Of a DNA stretch of 64,000 bases, positions 43,572-54,086 are shown in pieces (position 1 is the first letter of the stretch; every line of letters starts with the position of its first letter). The stretch is from NCBI GenBank assembly GCA_937922805.1, contig CALAJV010000008.1, forward strand, positions 15,475-79,474, written 5' to 3'. A program made the translations under genes and the position numbers. The notes under the pieces were generated by a model. That model made no database searches. It had not been told where the DNA came from and saw nothing but the letters and a program-made list of their open reading frames with translations. The stretch comes from an uncultured Acidimicrobiales bacterium (GTDB taxonomy: Bacteria; Actinomycetota; Acidimicrobiia; Acidimicrobiales; SZUA-35).

Positions 43572-44504
43572 ATGACTCAACGGCTCCATGTTTCACTACC
43601 GATCAAACCGATTCTGCTCGGACTAGGTGTCGCCTTAGTTGCTGTCGCCTGCGGCGGTTCTGGCGACCCGTCCGACGACTCGTCGATCACGGGCGCCGAT
43701 TCGAACGAGGGAACCGAAATCGACCTTGCCGACCTATCGTTCTCTGAGACGTCAGACGCCGACCGGGCCGCTGCCCTCCACTCCTGTTTCTGTGATCTCA
43801 CGAGCGTGGCCGACATGCCACTAGTGAAAGGTTCGTCTAACGACGTCGCTGCGACCTGGGCAACCGACGACGGGCGTTCATACAACCTCGAAACTGAAAC
43901 CTTCGATCTCCCGGACGTTCAGGGCCTGCGATTTCAAACCAACTACACGTTCAACAACGACGCTGGGAAGCCAGTTACGTTGTCGGCCACGTACAACGAA
44001 CGCCTCATCCGCTTTGGCGACTTTCTTCAAATCTCAATACATGAAGACGGCTCCGAACAGTCCCTCACATCGGTCGGTAGTTCCAGCCGGTACTCGTTCT
44101 CCCTGCCCGACCAAGAGCTGCGCGATCCAAACGACCGTCAGGGAACAAACGTTGAGCCAGAACAATCCGGCGACCTTTGGGACATGTTCCAAGAAATTCG
44201 CTCCTCCCGAGAGTCAGCAGCAAAGGTCGCGGCCTCGCAACTCGATGAGCTCGAAGCGCTCGGAGCCGACCGATTAGCCTCAGGGGTTCTAGAAAAGTGT
44301 GTTAGTCGACAAGAGTACGCGGGAGATGGGATTGAGCCGGAGTGCACGCAGTGGGATCCGCTCGACGACGCCGACACAGAACTACTCAGAAGCGAACTGG
44401 CAACCGAGATTGAGCAAGCCCGAACTAACCTTGATCAGTATGGTGACCTGCTGCATCAAGGCTTGATTGAGGCCCTACCTGAGGACTGCTTCATTGGCGA
44501 GTAG
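43572..44504 (+). CDS. Putative lipoprotein
   Basis: ATG at 43572. 'ILLGLGVALVAVACGGSGD' lipobox. The mature part is acidic with no known domain. Confidence 0.55.
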   Translation: MTQRLHVSLPIKPILLGLGVALVAVACGGSGDPSDDSSITGADSNEGTEIDLADLSFSETSDADRAAALHSCFCDLTSVADMPLVKGSSNDVAATWATDDGRSYNLETETFDLPDVQGLRFQTNYTFNNDAGKPVTLSATYNERLIRFGDFLQISIHEDGSEQSLTSVGSSSRYSFSLPDQELRDPNDRQGTNVEPEQSGDLWDMFQEIRSSRESAAKVAASQLDELEALGADRLASGVLEKCVSRQEYAGDGIEPECTQWDPLDDADTELLRSELATEIEQARTNLDQYGDLLHQGLIEALPEDCFIGE

Positions 44505-44560
44505 CCGAGGCTAACCAACGCCTAATAAAGAATGTCTCCCTAGTTGGGCACTGTAACTCA

Positions 44561-47272
44561 GTGGTGGCAGACCGGCCGAACAGTAGCGTGCCAATCATGT
44601 GGCGAATTGGGTTGGAACGACTAGTAGCGGTTGCCGTACTTGTGGCTGCCAGTGTGGCAGCCGGAGCGACGCCAGCGGCCGCTCAGGGTATACCTACTAT
44701 TACGGTCAACTGGCATGGGGATGGATCCGACGCCAACATCTCCGACGGCCAATGCGCCACAGCCGATGGCTACTGTTCGCTTCGAGCCGCGATCGAAAAC
44801 GCCAACGCGTTGTCGGGAGCGAACCGGATCGAGTTCGACCTTCAAGGGTCGACGCCGCAAACGATCAAACCGGCGAGCCCTCTTCCTCCGCTTTATGATG
44901 CCGACACAATAATCGACGGCTACACCCAACCCGGTTCGAGGGCCAACACCGACGAGGGCAAATCCAACGCTGTCATCAAAGTTGCTATCGAAGCCACGAA
45001 CCAAACCTGGGGTCTACGGATCGAATCATCTGGAAACACCATTCAAGGCCTCTCGGTTTATGGAGCACGAACCAACATAGAACTCTTCAGCGACGGCGCC
45101 GATGGCAACGTGATCGCTGGAAACTTCATTGGCACTAACCCGGCTGGCACCTACACCAAAGTCAATGTGGTAAACCTCGATTCCGGCATCGAACTTACTC
45201 ATGGCCCAAGCCAAAACCGAATCGGCCTACCCACCCTTGCTGGCCGCAACGTGGTAGCGGGATACGGGGCTCAAGGCATTCGTGTCAATGGAGGGCCATC
45301 AAATCAGAACCGCATCCAAAACAACATCATTGGCTTCAACCCCTCACTCACCGGCTCGCTCGGCGGATGGGTCGGTATTGATGTGCAATGGGGAGCGTGG
45401 GGCAACCTCGTTGGTGGCCTAGGTCAATATGAACGAAATGTCGTAGGGAACCAGACCTATCGGGCCGGTATCGATCTGTCTCACGGCGCGCTGAACAATG
45501 CCGTGGTTGGCAACTACGTCGGCGTTCTCGCCGATGGGTCAACCACCACCGATTACAGCGCCAACAAGGACGGCATTGTTCTCAAAGACGGACCGTTCAA
45601 CAACTACATCGGGCACAACGTCGTCGGCAACAGCAACAATCACGGCATCCGTTCCTATACCCGCTACAACGGGCCCAACATTTTTGATAGCAACCTTGTC
45701 GGAGTAGGAGTAGATGGTTCCAACATTGGCAACACCAACGTCGGCATTTTCCAAAATGGCTACGATCAACTCCTCTACAATAACGTCGTCGCATACAACG
45801 GAGCGGCAGGCATCGTTTCATCAAACGTAAACCAAGGCCAGCAGCATCATTTCACCCCTGACACAACTGAACGCTCGCAGATTCGTCAAAACACCTACTA
45901 CCAAAACGGCGGGTTGAACCTCGATCTGGAACCTATTGGCGTAAACATCAACGACAACGGTGATGGCGACGACGGGCCCAACGGTCTCCTCAATACGCCA
46001 GAGATAACGGGGATGGGGCCAGGCAAAGTATTCGGGACTACGTGTTCTGGATGTGCTGTCGAGATCTATATGAGCGGCCTGGCTGACGCCAACAGCAGCG
46101 GTTTATCACCTTCGGTAGGTCCCGCTCCGGGAGTCGGCGCTGCTTGGGTCGGAACTGCAACTGCTGGACCGGATGGCACATTTTCACTAGCCTCCGAATC
46201 TATTTCCACCGGATACACACTGTCGCTACTAACAGTCGACTCGGAAGGAAATACTTCGGAGCTAACACCACCGGTCGTCGTCGGCTCATCTCATGCTGGC
46301 ACAAACGGGGCCGCTAACGCTTCAGCGGGCGGAATTGCACCGCCAGCGGCACCAGCGCCGCCGCCACTTTGGGTAAGTGAAGAAGCGGTTATCACCGGCA
46401 CAGTAACCGACGCCGACGGAAACCCTGCTACTGGCGCCCAAGCTGAGCTGTTCACCCAGAACAACGATGGGAGCAGAGGCGATTGGGTCGCTTCGGCCTC
46501 TGTCCTATCCGGTAGCGGAACGTACCGGATAGAAGCACCAGCAGGATGCTGGGTGGTCACATTCGTCGCGCCGAGCGGTCAAACCTTTGCCGGCTCTGGA
46601 ACCCCGTGGCTCAGCAAACCGATCTGTACTACCGCCGGCGAGTCGGTCACTAACTTCAATGCCACCTTGGCAAGCGACGTAGACGACGACGGCGCAATCA
46701 CTGGAACGGTTACGAAAGCTAGTGCCGCTGTCAACGGCGTCCTGGTTGACTTGTTTGAGGCTGCGGCCGATGGAAGTCGTGGCCAGTGGGTCGCTAGCGC
46801 CACTACTAATGCCAACGGAAAATACAACCTACCGACCACCGACGGCTGTTGGATCCTGACGTTCGTCGCAGCCGAAGGTGAGACCTTTACTGAATCTCCC
46901 AGTCGGTACCTCAATCGAGCGGTTTGTACCGGTTCGGGCGAAACCGTTTCAGGAATCGACGCCGCGCTGGTTGACGCCACCCAAGCGGCAACTATCAACG
47001 GAATAGTAACCGACAGTGGAAACGGCGTCGGTGGGGTACAAGTCGACTTGTTTACCGCAGCGGAGAACGGGAGCCGAGCGAACTGGGTCTCAACGAGTGC
47101 TACGTCTGGAGATGGGTCGTTTGTCCTGGCAGCCAACGAAGGGTGTTGGGTGCTTACCTACGTGGCCCCTGCCGACAATACGTTCGCTGCGTCTGGTAGC
47201 CGATGGCTCAATGTTCCGGTCTGCACCACCGAAGGTCAAACCGCTACGGTGGATGCCGTCGTCCTCAGCTAG
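44561..47272 (+). CDS. Secreted right-handed parallel beta-helix repeat protein with three C-terminal CarboxypepD_reg-like domains
   Basis: Signal peptide (likely start at the ATG at 44597). 'GQCATADGYCSLRAAIENANA' is the beta-helix cap motif. Many 'N.I.GN.IG' turns. Three ~100-aa repeats of the form 'ITGTVTDADGNPATGAQAELF...GCWVVTFVAPSG'. Confidence 0.75.
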   Translation: MVADRPNSSVPIMWRIGLERLVAVAVLVAASVAAGATPAAAQGIPTITVNWHGDGSDANISDGQCATADGYCSLRAAIENANALSGANRIEFDLQGSTPQTIKPASPLPPLYDADTIIDGYTQPGSRANTDEGKSNAVIKVAIEATNQTWGLRIESSGNTIQGLSVYGARTNIELFSDGADGNVIAGNFIGTNPAGTYTKVNVVNLDSGIELTHGPSQNRIGLPTLAGRNVVAGYGAQGIRVNGGPSNQNRIQNNIIGFNPSLTGSLGGWVGIDVQWGAWGNLVGGLGQYERNVVGNQTYRAGIDLSHGALNNAVVGNYVGVLADGSTTTDYSANKDGIVLKDGPFNNYIGHNVVGNSNNHGIRSYTRYNGPNIFDSNLVGVGVDGSNIGNTNVGIFQNGYDQLLYNNVVAYNGAAGIVSSNVNQGQQHHFTPDTTERSQIRQNTYYQNGGLNLDLEPIGVNINDNGDGDDGPNGLLNTPEITGMGPGKVFGTTCSGCAVEIYMSGLADANSSGLSPSVGPAPGVGAAWVGTATAGPDGTFSLASESISTGYTLSLLTVDSEGNTSELTPPVVVGSSHAGTNGAANASAGGIAPPAAPAPPPLWVSEEAVITGTVTDADGNPATGAQAELFTQNNDGSRGDWVASASVLSGSGTYRIEAPAGCWVVTFVAPSGQTFAGSGTPWLSKPICTTAGESVTNFNATLASDVDDDGAITGTVTKASAAVNGVLVDLFEAAADGSRGQWVASATTNANGKYNLPTTDGCWILTFVAAEGETFTESPSRYLNRAVCTGSGETVSGIDAALVDATQAATINGIVTDSGNGVGGVQVDLFTAAENGSRANWVSTSATSGDGSFVLAANEGCWVLTYVAPADNTFAASGSRWLNVPVCTTEGQTATVDAVVLS

Positions 47273-47382
47273 GTAGTTTCCTTTCTGTAGGCGTGCTCTT
47301 TCGTAGAGCGCACAAACATTGTGTTGTCTGAAACTTTCTCAATCGGGGAACCAGTAACGATTCTGAGAACGTCATAGACAGT

Positions 47383-48597
47383 ATGAGTATGTTCAAGCGC
47401 CTTGTTCCGTTACTTATCGTTGCTTTGGTAGTCGCTTCATGCGGCAACGAGGCCAAAATAGAAGCAGGCGCACCGGGTGAGGCATCACTCGTCGTTCCCG
47501 GAAGCGGCGATTCGGACGGCGACGATTCGGGCGGAAATTCAGAACCATTGCTCGTCGATGATGAGGAACGTTCGGACAGCGACGACGAGTACGTCGAACG
47601 CGACACTGACAACACTGACAACCCTGTCGACAAAAGCGACCTCGACAACGGTGACCTCGACGCTGATGAGGACTACGACACTGGCCACGACAACGGTGAT
47701 GGCAGCAATAACAAAGCTAAAGACAGCGACAGCCACGATGCCCCTAGTCCAGGTGAGGCAGATCCGGCACAGGTAATTTCGTCCCAGAACGACCTGAACG
47801 ACCCGAAACCAATTGTAGTTAGCAACCTCATTTCGAACGGCGACTCAACCGTCACCGCTTACTTCTCCGGAGCATCACAGCCATGCGCAGGTGCTAAGGC
47901 CACCGTCATCGAAGACGGCGATGTTGTTGAGATTCTCGTTGAGATGGGCTCAACCCCGGAAGCCGCCTATACCTCATGCGTTGCCGTAGTGGTTGACTAT
48001 CGAATGGACATACAGCTAGAAGCCCCTCTAGCGGGGCGAGCACTTGAGATCCACCCGGATAACAAAGGCAATGCCGAAGAAGGTGCGATAGTTGTCGTTT
48101 CTCGAAATGATCTAGCCAACCTCCGGTCGGCGACCATCGAGGACCTAACTGTTGCCGACAACGGGACGACAGTGAAAGTCTGGTTTACCGGTGGGCTAAA
48201 GAAGTGCTACGGAGCGAAGGCAACGATGACGGAAACCAGCACTAAGGTCGAAGTTCATCTGGAGATTGGCAATCCCCCCGGTGCCGCCGATTGCGATGAC
48301 GTCGGCGTTCAATCGGTCATAAACATCGCTCTGGCAGCTCCGCTTGGTGAGCGTCTACTGGTCGCCCATCCGGATAGCAGCGCCAATACCCAACCAGAAT
48401 CGCCAGCCGAGCGGGCGGCCCAAGAATATATCGGACTACAGGTTGACGAAGCCGAGAAGCGGGCGAAAGAAAGCGGATTCGCTTTCCGAGTTGTGTGGAT
48501 TGACGGCGAAGCCTTACCGGTGACCGAAGACTACAGCGAAAGCCGAATTAACGTCGCGGTGGAAAAAGGGACCGTTGTAGAGTCATCCATCGGCTAG
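47383..48597 (+). CDS. Lipoprotein with acidic linker, two repeated domains and C-terminal I78-like (peptidase inhibitor) module
   Basis: 'LLIVALVVASCGNEAK' lipobox. Asp-rich segment. Internal duplication ('TV(T/K)(A/V)(Y/W)F(S/T)G...C.GAKAT..E......E(I/V).(V/L)E(M/I)G..P'). The C-terminal 'YIGLQVDEAEKRAKESGFAFRVVWIDGEALPVTEDYSESRINVAVEKGTVVESSIG' resembles inhibitor I78. Confidence 0.55.
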   Translation: MSMFKRLVPLLIVALVVASCGNEAKIEAGAPGEASLVVPGSGDSDGDDSGGNSEPLLVDDEERSDSDDEYVERDTDNTDNPVDKSDLDNGDLDADEDYDTGHDNGDGSNNKAKDSDSHDAPSPGEADPAQVISSQNDLNDPKPIVVSNLISNGDSTVTAYFSGASQPCAGAKATVIEDGDVVEILVEMGSTPEAAYTSCVAVVVDYRMDIQLEAPLAGRALEIHPDNKGNAEEGAIVVVSRNDLANLRSATIEDLTVADNGTTVKVWFTGGLKKCYGAKATMTETSTKVEVHLEIGNPPGAADCDDVGVQSVINIALAAPLGERLLVAHPDSSANTQPESPAERAAQEYIGLQVDEAEKRAKESGFAFRVVWIDGEALPVTEDYSESRINVAVEKGTVVESSIG

Positions 48598-48650
48598 TTG
48601 TTATTGACCCTCGGTCCGTCAATGGCGCAGCGCTAGTCACTCTACCTCGC

Positions 48651-51600
48651 TCAACGTCGAACGATGCCAGCAAACTGCTCAAAGGCAACAACGATGCAGG
48701 TTCTGCCGTTCTTCCAGCCCCAACCATCGCCATCAGAGTCAGCCTCTGGGAGACATACCGGGAACGCAGTCAGTTCATTGTTCACGACTACGACGGCGGT
48801 TCCAAGTTCGAGTGGAGATAACCGGCCACCGCTAAAGCAAAGCAGTCCACGATTCGGATCAACAATACAAACCGGATCCGATTCTTCTGCTCTATCGTCA
48901 TCGCCGCCAAGATCAGGGAGTTCAGGTAATTCAGAGAGGTCGAGCGGTGGACCGGTGATGACTATCTCTGGTAGCGGCACCCGCTCCGCCGATTGCATCA
49001 TCTCGGGATCAGCGTCAACCCCGAAGCGCTCCACCTCATGGATCTCGACCTCAGACAACGCCACCTCATGCCCAACCTCGAAGCGCTCCACCTCATGGAT
49101 CTCAACCTCAGGCAACGCCACCTCAACTTCGAAGCGCTCCACCTCGGCACCCGCAACCTCAGACAACGCCGACGTTTCGGTTGTAGGGGCAGCTGGCAAT
49201 TCAACTTCTGAAATCGATGAGTCGCGGTCGACTGGAGTTGTTTCGCTGGGAACTGTCTCGTCGACTAGGTCCAAGATGGGCTCAACAGCGGTCGGCGCCG
49301 GGTCTCCGGCCATCTCAGGCTGGGTTTGTTCTGCCGGCGACACTGACTCAACCTGGTCGGGCTTGCCCTGCCCATCTGGGCTGCCGGCATCAGTAGTGCC
49401 GGGCGCTCCAACGGTGGCTTCAGCGTCATCGACTCCTTCTCTATGAACCGCATACATTGCTTCGAGGGCCGGGAGCACGGTTGTCGCATCGGCAAAATCT
49501 CGACTCAGTTTGGCAACCGACAACATGTATGACTGATCTTCGACAGTCGATTCATTCTCAGTCCCGTATGCGGCTATCGATTGCAGGAGCGCATTGTCGG
49601 GTCGATCACGAAGCGCAATCTGAGCGAGGTCCACCGCCTCTTGATTCGATACGGTCATCGTAAAGTCGGCCGTTGAGAAGATGTTCGACGTCAGTCGATC
49701 CAAACCAGCTGCTTGCTCCAAAGACGGATCTACAGCACCAACTCCCCGGTGCTCACGAACTGATACCGCCTCATACTTGTTGAGGTTCAGCGCCTGCTCA
49801 GCCGTATAAACCTTGCTGGTAATAGCATCGTCAGGTCTCGTCGATCTCCCAGCCGACCCTCCGGGCGATACCCATTCCGTCACAGTCAAACTGGTGTTGT
49901 AGTTACGGTCGTGCCAAAGCTGAATTTCAACCGTGTCCTTGCGAGACAACGTAGGGCCACTAGTGCCGCCGGTTGACGGATTTACGCCAGTCAACTGCCC
50001 ATTGTGGTGCACCTGCGCATCGAGCGACTTGACGATGATGTCTACTCTGCCTTCAACTGTTGACCCAGTCCCGCCGGGTCGAACCGTAGCAGCGCCGGTG
50101 TCGATCTGGTTTTGGATGTCGGCAACTCTGGTCGCATCGTAGTTGAAGTAGTCGCCGCCGATGTCGGCTAGGAACCGTTCACCGCTGACCTTGACCGCAC
50201 CACCGACAGCCCCTTTCAGTGTGTTGGCCCACGTGTTGGGCAAGATCGCTGGTGGGCTCTTCGGCGGGGCTCCCTGCGACACAGGGCTGGGTCGAACGAT
50301 CGGCATACTTTCGGGGGGCTCAGGCTCGGCCGGCGGAACATAAAGCCGACCCTTTGTTTCGTCGATCACGTCGAGCTCTCGAGCTGTTGTCGGAGTGCCG
50401 TCGGCCTTGAAGTAACCGCTGACGAACCCGTTCACGTCGCGCTCAATGTAGCCCCGAGTCCCCACATCCTCTCGACTAACGCCTGATCGTTTGCCGCCGT
50501 CGAGCAAGCTGGCCATGGAGTGACCAGCTTGCGGGCCAGCGAATTCGGCTAGCGTCAGTGGCGGAGAGTCTGTTTCGGCCTTGGCTGCCTGAGTCTGCCG
50601 GTTCCCAGCGGGCGGCGAAGCGGTCGTGCCGTATCCCCAGTTCCCTTGGATTCCGCCGGTTATCTCGATCGTTTCGGCGTTGCTGATGATGCCGTTCCCG
50701 ACGGTGAAGTTTCCGACCGGCACCTCCACGTTACTAATCGGCAATACTGCGACTTCCTCGCCGCGGGCAATAAAGGTGTAGGGAGACTCTTGGGATCCGT
50801 AGGGGATGTAATCCACGGTGGCACCAGCCCCCACACTAAGTTTGCCATCTACGCCGAGTTCGCTGGAACCGTAGAGAGAACCCCCAAGGACCGCCGATTC
50901 GACCCCGCCAATAAATGTCGTGCCGTTGGCCGGTAAGTCGAGAGCGTCTTCTGGTCGAGGCACTTCTCCATTGGGCCCAACAGCGTCGACCGGTACGACC
51001 GTTCGCTGAAAGTCGAGAGATGTTCCCGGCACCCAAACTCCAGCCGAGACTTCGGTCCCTACCAGCCCGACGTTGGCCCCGATCCGGTCGCCGACAAAGT
51101 CGACCGACTGTTGAGCTACGAGGTTCTGCACCCCAGGTCGGCTGGAAGTGCGATCAATGTACTGTTCGAATCTCAAGGCGTCGACACCAATGCCGGCCTT
51201 GCCAAGTAAATCGATAGCTTTTCGACCCACTGATTTGGGGGCTTTGGCGTTAACCGACGTGATGGGTTCGTACGTAGTCACCAACGTTGGGTGATCAACG
51301 TCCCCCTCATCGAAACCGTCGGCAATTGATTCAGCCTTGGTTTCATGCATGGACTCCGGGAGCGCCATTCTTCGATCCATGAAACTTCCGGCCGGCTTTG
51401 ACAGCTCAGCAGCTACCGCAGCGACCTCATCGGGATCGTGACCGTCACCTGCGAACCGTCCCGTCGCCAGCGATTGAGCAACTTCGTTGGCCAGCCAGCG
51501 GTCCGGGTCGCTGTCAATTAGATCTCGTGCGCGTTGCGCCACCCGCTCGGACACGTTGGCGTATACATACGACTCATCTGCTTCGTCTTCAGATCGCGGC

Positions 51601-53792
51601 CCAACAATCGTAATCATCTGCGTTTCTGGATGTCCGGGGAACGGCTCGCTAGTGATCATCGGCCCTTCGGTATCGAAGCGTGAGCGATCAACCCGCTCAC
51701 CCGAGCCGCCAAACTGAGTTCCGAGGGCGACTACCGCCTGCCACGGCGGGATCTCCGAATTCTGAATACTTGCTGGATCTCCGAATCCATCCGACTGATC
51801 AGCGACCACATCCCCAGTTTGCGCTATCTCAGCCTCATCAGCCGGGGTGTTACCACTGTCGAAATTGTCGTAGCCTTGAACGTCCGATGGATCTATCACG
51901 GGTGCTGGAAGCTGTGGCCCAGTCGGGTCATCGCCAAAATCGAGTTCAGACTCCTCATCGACATCGTTAGGTACTGTTCCAAGGTCGACAATGTTGGGTG
52001 AACCATCGTCGTTAAAAAAATCGGCGTACCCGGTTTCCGGATCCTCAACTACCCACAACGAATTCCACCGTCTCGCGCCGGCCGGAACCCCAGGTGGAGG
52101 CTCCTCCGGCTGTTGTTCCACCACCGACCCAGAATCGTCAATCTGGTTCAAACCATCGACCTGAGCGTCCGCTTCACCAGTCTGAGTTTCGGTCAAACCC
52201 GATGTCAGCTCCGGTGTTGGAGCAGGAACGTCTTGTTGGAGCCACTCTGTATCTATGCTTGGCTCCGCCTCACTTTCGGAGCCACTTTGCATTGATCCAA
52301 GCCGGACAATGTTGGGTGAACCATCGTCGTTAAAAAAATCGGCGTACCCGGTTTCCGGATCCTCAACTACCCACAACGAATTCCACCGTCTCGCACCGGC
52401 CGGAACCCCAGGTGGAGGCCGCTCCGACTGTTCCACCGGCGCCAATCCAGAGTCATCGAACTGAGCGGGAACTTCAACAAAGGTGGTATCTTCCCCTGTT
52501 GTAGGTTGAGCGCTATCAGATAAAGATCCGTTCGTTTGGGTCGGTTCGATCGCTTCATCGCTGTCGCTATTCTCGGGCTGTAGCGCAGCGACCAGGGCGC
52601 TGTCGATGGTCCTAATTGGCGGCTCAGCTTGTTGGTTAGCGAGCTCGGCAACCTCCGGCCTGACCGATTCGGCTGCAAGCGAACTTGCAACGTCGTTTTC
52701 AGCAGCATCAACGTCTGGGTTGCCGCCAGTCAGTACCGCCGAATCAAAATCTACTGGAACGTCGCTACTCACTACGCTTTCGGTTTGCGAATCTGACTGT
52801 TCGATTTTGGCCGCTTCTGATTCCGGCAATGGTGTGAGAACAGCCGCCAGATCTTCGACGCCCTGATCTACCGAACTTTCAATTGCTAGCTGATCCGAAT
52901 CATCACTAGCGTCCTCGATCGTTGTTTCTCCGGTTATCGCATCAACCACCGTGCGGTCATCGGCTGGCCCATATGCGACAGCCTCAGCTCGAGAATTCTC
53001 AGGTTCAGAACGTTCACCCGCTTGACTGGGTCTGGCCACCGTGGCCATCTCAATGTCGGCGGCCCGAGCCGCTTGTTCGGTTGAGTAAGAGTCTCCAAAA
53101 GCATCGAAATATTCGGGCGACTCTTGAACGTCGACATCAGGGTCGACCGACGACGGCTCGAAGCTACCGCTAACGGTTTGATTGGCCACCGGCTCGCGCC
53201 CACTACCGACTACTTGCCCAGCTCCGAGCCCGTTGCCAGCCCCCGTCGTCGGAACGTCCTCATCATCAGGGTCAGAGTCGAACGGGCTGCCCCAATCCAT
53301 CATCGTCGCGTTGTTGAACGACGATACTGGCGAGGAAAACGAACTCGAACTTGTATCAGTATCAGTAGCCGACTCGCCACTCTTGTCGTTTTCGCTACCA
53401 GCCTCTACCGTGTCGGTGCTGGTATCACTGTCGGCGCTGGCACTGGTGTTAGTGCTGGTGTCGGTGTTGGTCGTAGCGGTGCCCAAACCATCGTTGCCGT
53501 AGTCAGTTGGGCTCGAGCTTCGTGCCTCATCGGCGCCGCCGCCAAGGCTCTCATCAGTGTCTTCGGTGCGCTCTTCGTCCGGCTCAGCTCTCGCACCGTC
53601 ATCACCATCACTAGTACCGCGATTCCCATCGTCGGGAATGGCCGACGTCGGGGAGGTAACACCCAACAAACCAGCGCTGGTCAAGGCGGCCGAGGCCAAA
53701 CCGAGCTTGAGTCCGCGTTTAACCCGCCCGCTCTTTGGGCGTGCCCGAAAAGCGTCTGGACACGCCAAATTTTTGGAGCACTTACCGCACAT
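48651..53792 (-). CDS. Giant secreted protein (1713 aa), acidic N-terminal region, internal repeats, C-terminal Cys-flanked DGDGWGW module
   Basis: A single uninterrupted ORF. Leader 'RVKRGLKLGLASAALTSAGLLGVTSPTSA|IPDDGNRG'. A duplicated 38-aa block 'PPGVPAGARRWNSLWVVEDPETGYADFFNDDGSPNIV'. 'EVERFEV/EVEIHEV' repeats near the C-terminus. Terminal 'CLPEADSDGDGWGWKNGRTC'. No catalytic domain was recognised. Confidence 0.7.
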   Translation of the reverse strand: MCGKCSKNLACPDAFRARPKSGRVKRGLKLGLASAALTSAGLLGVTSPTSAIPDDGNRGTSDGDDGARAEPDEERTEDTDESLGGGADEARSSSPTDYGNDGLGTATTNTDTSTNTSASADSDTSTDTVEAGSENDKSGESATDTDTSSSSFSSPVSSFNNATMMDWGSPFDSDPDDEDVPTTGAGNGLGAGQVVGSGREPVANQTVSGSFEPSSVDPDVDVQESPEYFDAFGDSYSTEQAARAADIEMATVARPSQAGERSEPENSRAEAVAYGPADDRTVVDAITGETTIEDASDDSDQLAIESSVDQGVEDLAAVLTPLPESEAAKIEQSDSQTESVVSSDVPVDFDSAVLTGGNPDVDAAENDVASSLAAESVRPEVAELANQQAEPPIRTIDSALVAALQPENSDSDEAIEPTQTNGSLSDSAQPTTGEDTTFVEVPAQFDDSGLAPVEQSERPPPGVPAGARRWNSLWVVEDPETGYADFFNDDGSPNIVRLGSMQSGSESEAEPSIDTEWLQQDVPAPTPELTSGLTETQTGEADAQVDGLNQIDDSGSVVEQQPEEPPPGVPAGARRWNSLWVVEDPETGYADFFNDDGSPNIVDLGTVPNDVDEESELDFGDDPTGPQLPAPVIDPSDVQGYDNFDSGNTPADEAEIAQTGDVVADQSDGFGDPASIQNSEIPPWQAVVALGTQFGGSGERVDRSRFDTEGPMITSEPFPGHPETQMITIVGPRSEDEADESYVYANVSERVAQRARDLIDSDPDRWLANEVAQSLATGRFAGDGHDPDEVAAVAAELSKPAGSFMDRRMALPESMHETKAESIADGFDEGDVDHPTLVTTYEPITSVNAKAPKSVGRKAIDLLGKAGIGVDALRFEQYIDRTSSRPGVQNLVAQQSVDFVGDRIGANVGLVGTEVSAGVWVPGTSLDFQRTVVPVDAVGPNGEVPRPEDALDLPANGTTFIGGVESAVLGGSLYGSSELGVDGKLSVGAGATVDYIPYGSQESPYTFIARGEEVAVLPISNVEVPVGNFTVGNGIISNAETIEITGGIQGNWGYGTTASPPAGNRQTQAAKAETDSPPLTLAEFAGPQAGHSMASLLDGGKRSGVSREDVGTRGYIERDVNGFVSGYFKADGTPTTARELDVIDETKGRLYVPPAEPEPPESMPIVRPSPVSQGAPPKSPPAILPNTWANTLKGAVGGAVKVSGERFLADIGGDYFNYDATRVADIQNQIDTGAATVRPGGTGSTVEGRVDIIVKSLDAQVHHNGQLTGVNPSTGGTSGPTLSRKDTVEIQLWHDRNYNTSLTVTEWVSPGGSAGRSTRPDDAITSKVYTAEQALNLNKYEAVSVREHRGVGAVDPSLEQAAGLDRLTSNIFSTADFTMTVSNQEAVDLAQIALRDRPDNALLQSIAAYGTENESTVEDQSYMLSVAKLSRDFADATTVLPALEAMYAVHREGVDDAEATVGAPGTTDAGSPDGQGKPDQVESVSPAEQTQPEMAGDPAPTAVEPILDLVDETVPSETTPVDRDSSISEVELPAAPTTETSALSEVAGAEVERFEVEVALPEVEIHEVERFEVGHEVALSEVEIHEVERFGVDADPEMMQSAERVPLPEIVITGPPLDLSELPELPDLGGDDDRAEESDPVCIVDPNRGLLCFSGGRLSPLELGTAVVVVNNELTAFPVCLPEADSDGDGWGWKNGRTCIVVAFEQFAGIVRR
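51987..52100. repeat. 114-bp direct repeat, copy 1 (inside the giant gene)
   Basis: Nearly identical to 52305-52418, with one mismatch seen (cgcgcc vs cgcacc). The offset is 318 bp (106 codons, in frame). Confidence 0.9.
52305..52418. repeat. 114-bp direct repeat, copy 2 (inside the giant gene)
   Basis: See copy 1. It encodes the second 'PPGVPAGARRWNSLWVVEDPETGYADFFNDDGSPNIV' block. Confidence 0.9.
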
Positions 53793-54086
53793 TGAAGACC
53801 CACCGTCATGTGTTTATGTAATTCCAAAGAGCAATTGTGACCAACCAGTAGCTAGTCGGAGGAAAGCTCCCCTCCTATAGTAGCGGTAATGTCGCCCATC
53901 CAGCGAACTAGCGACTGCAACCGCCTAAGCACCGCCATTTGACGACCGCCGCTATTGCTCCCATTATTTTTAGCTCAGTCGGCTTTACCACCGGTTGACT
54001 GACCGGCAGATCGGGCGATACGCTCGGTATAGACGGATCCGCTCGTAGGGTCAGTCTCACAAATCACAATTAGAGGTGGGTTCTTA

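Noticed and set aside
48664-49446. 260-aa and 223-aa plus-strand ORFs (48664-49446 and 53124-53795) antisense to the giant gene.
   Set aside because: They have Ser/Thr/Gly/Arg-rich shadow composition and lie entirely within a long continuous minus-strand ORF that has coherent features (leader, repeats, terminal Cys module).
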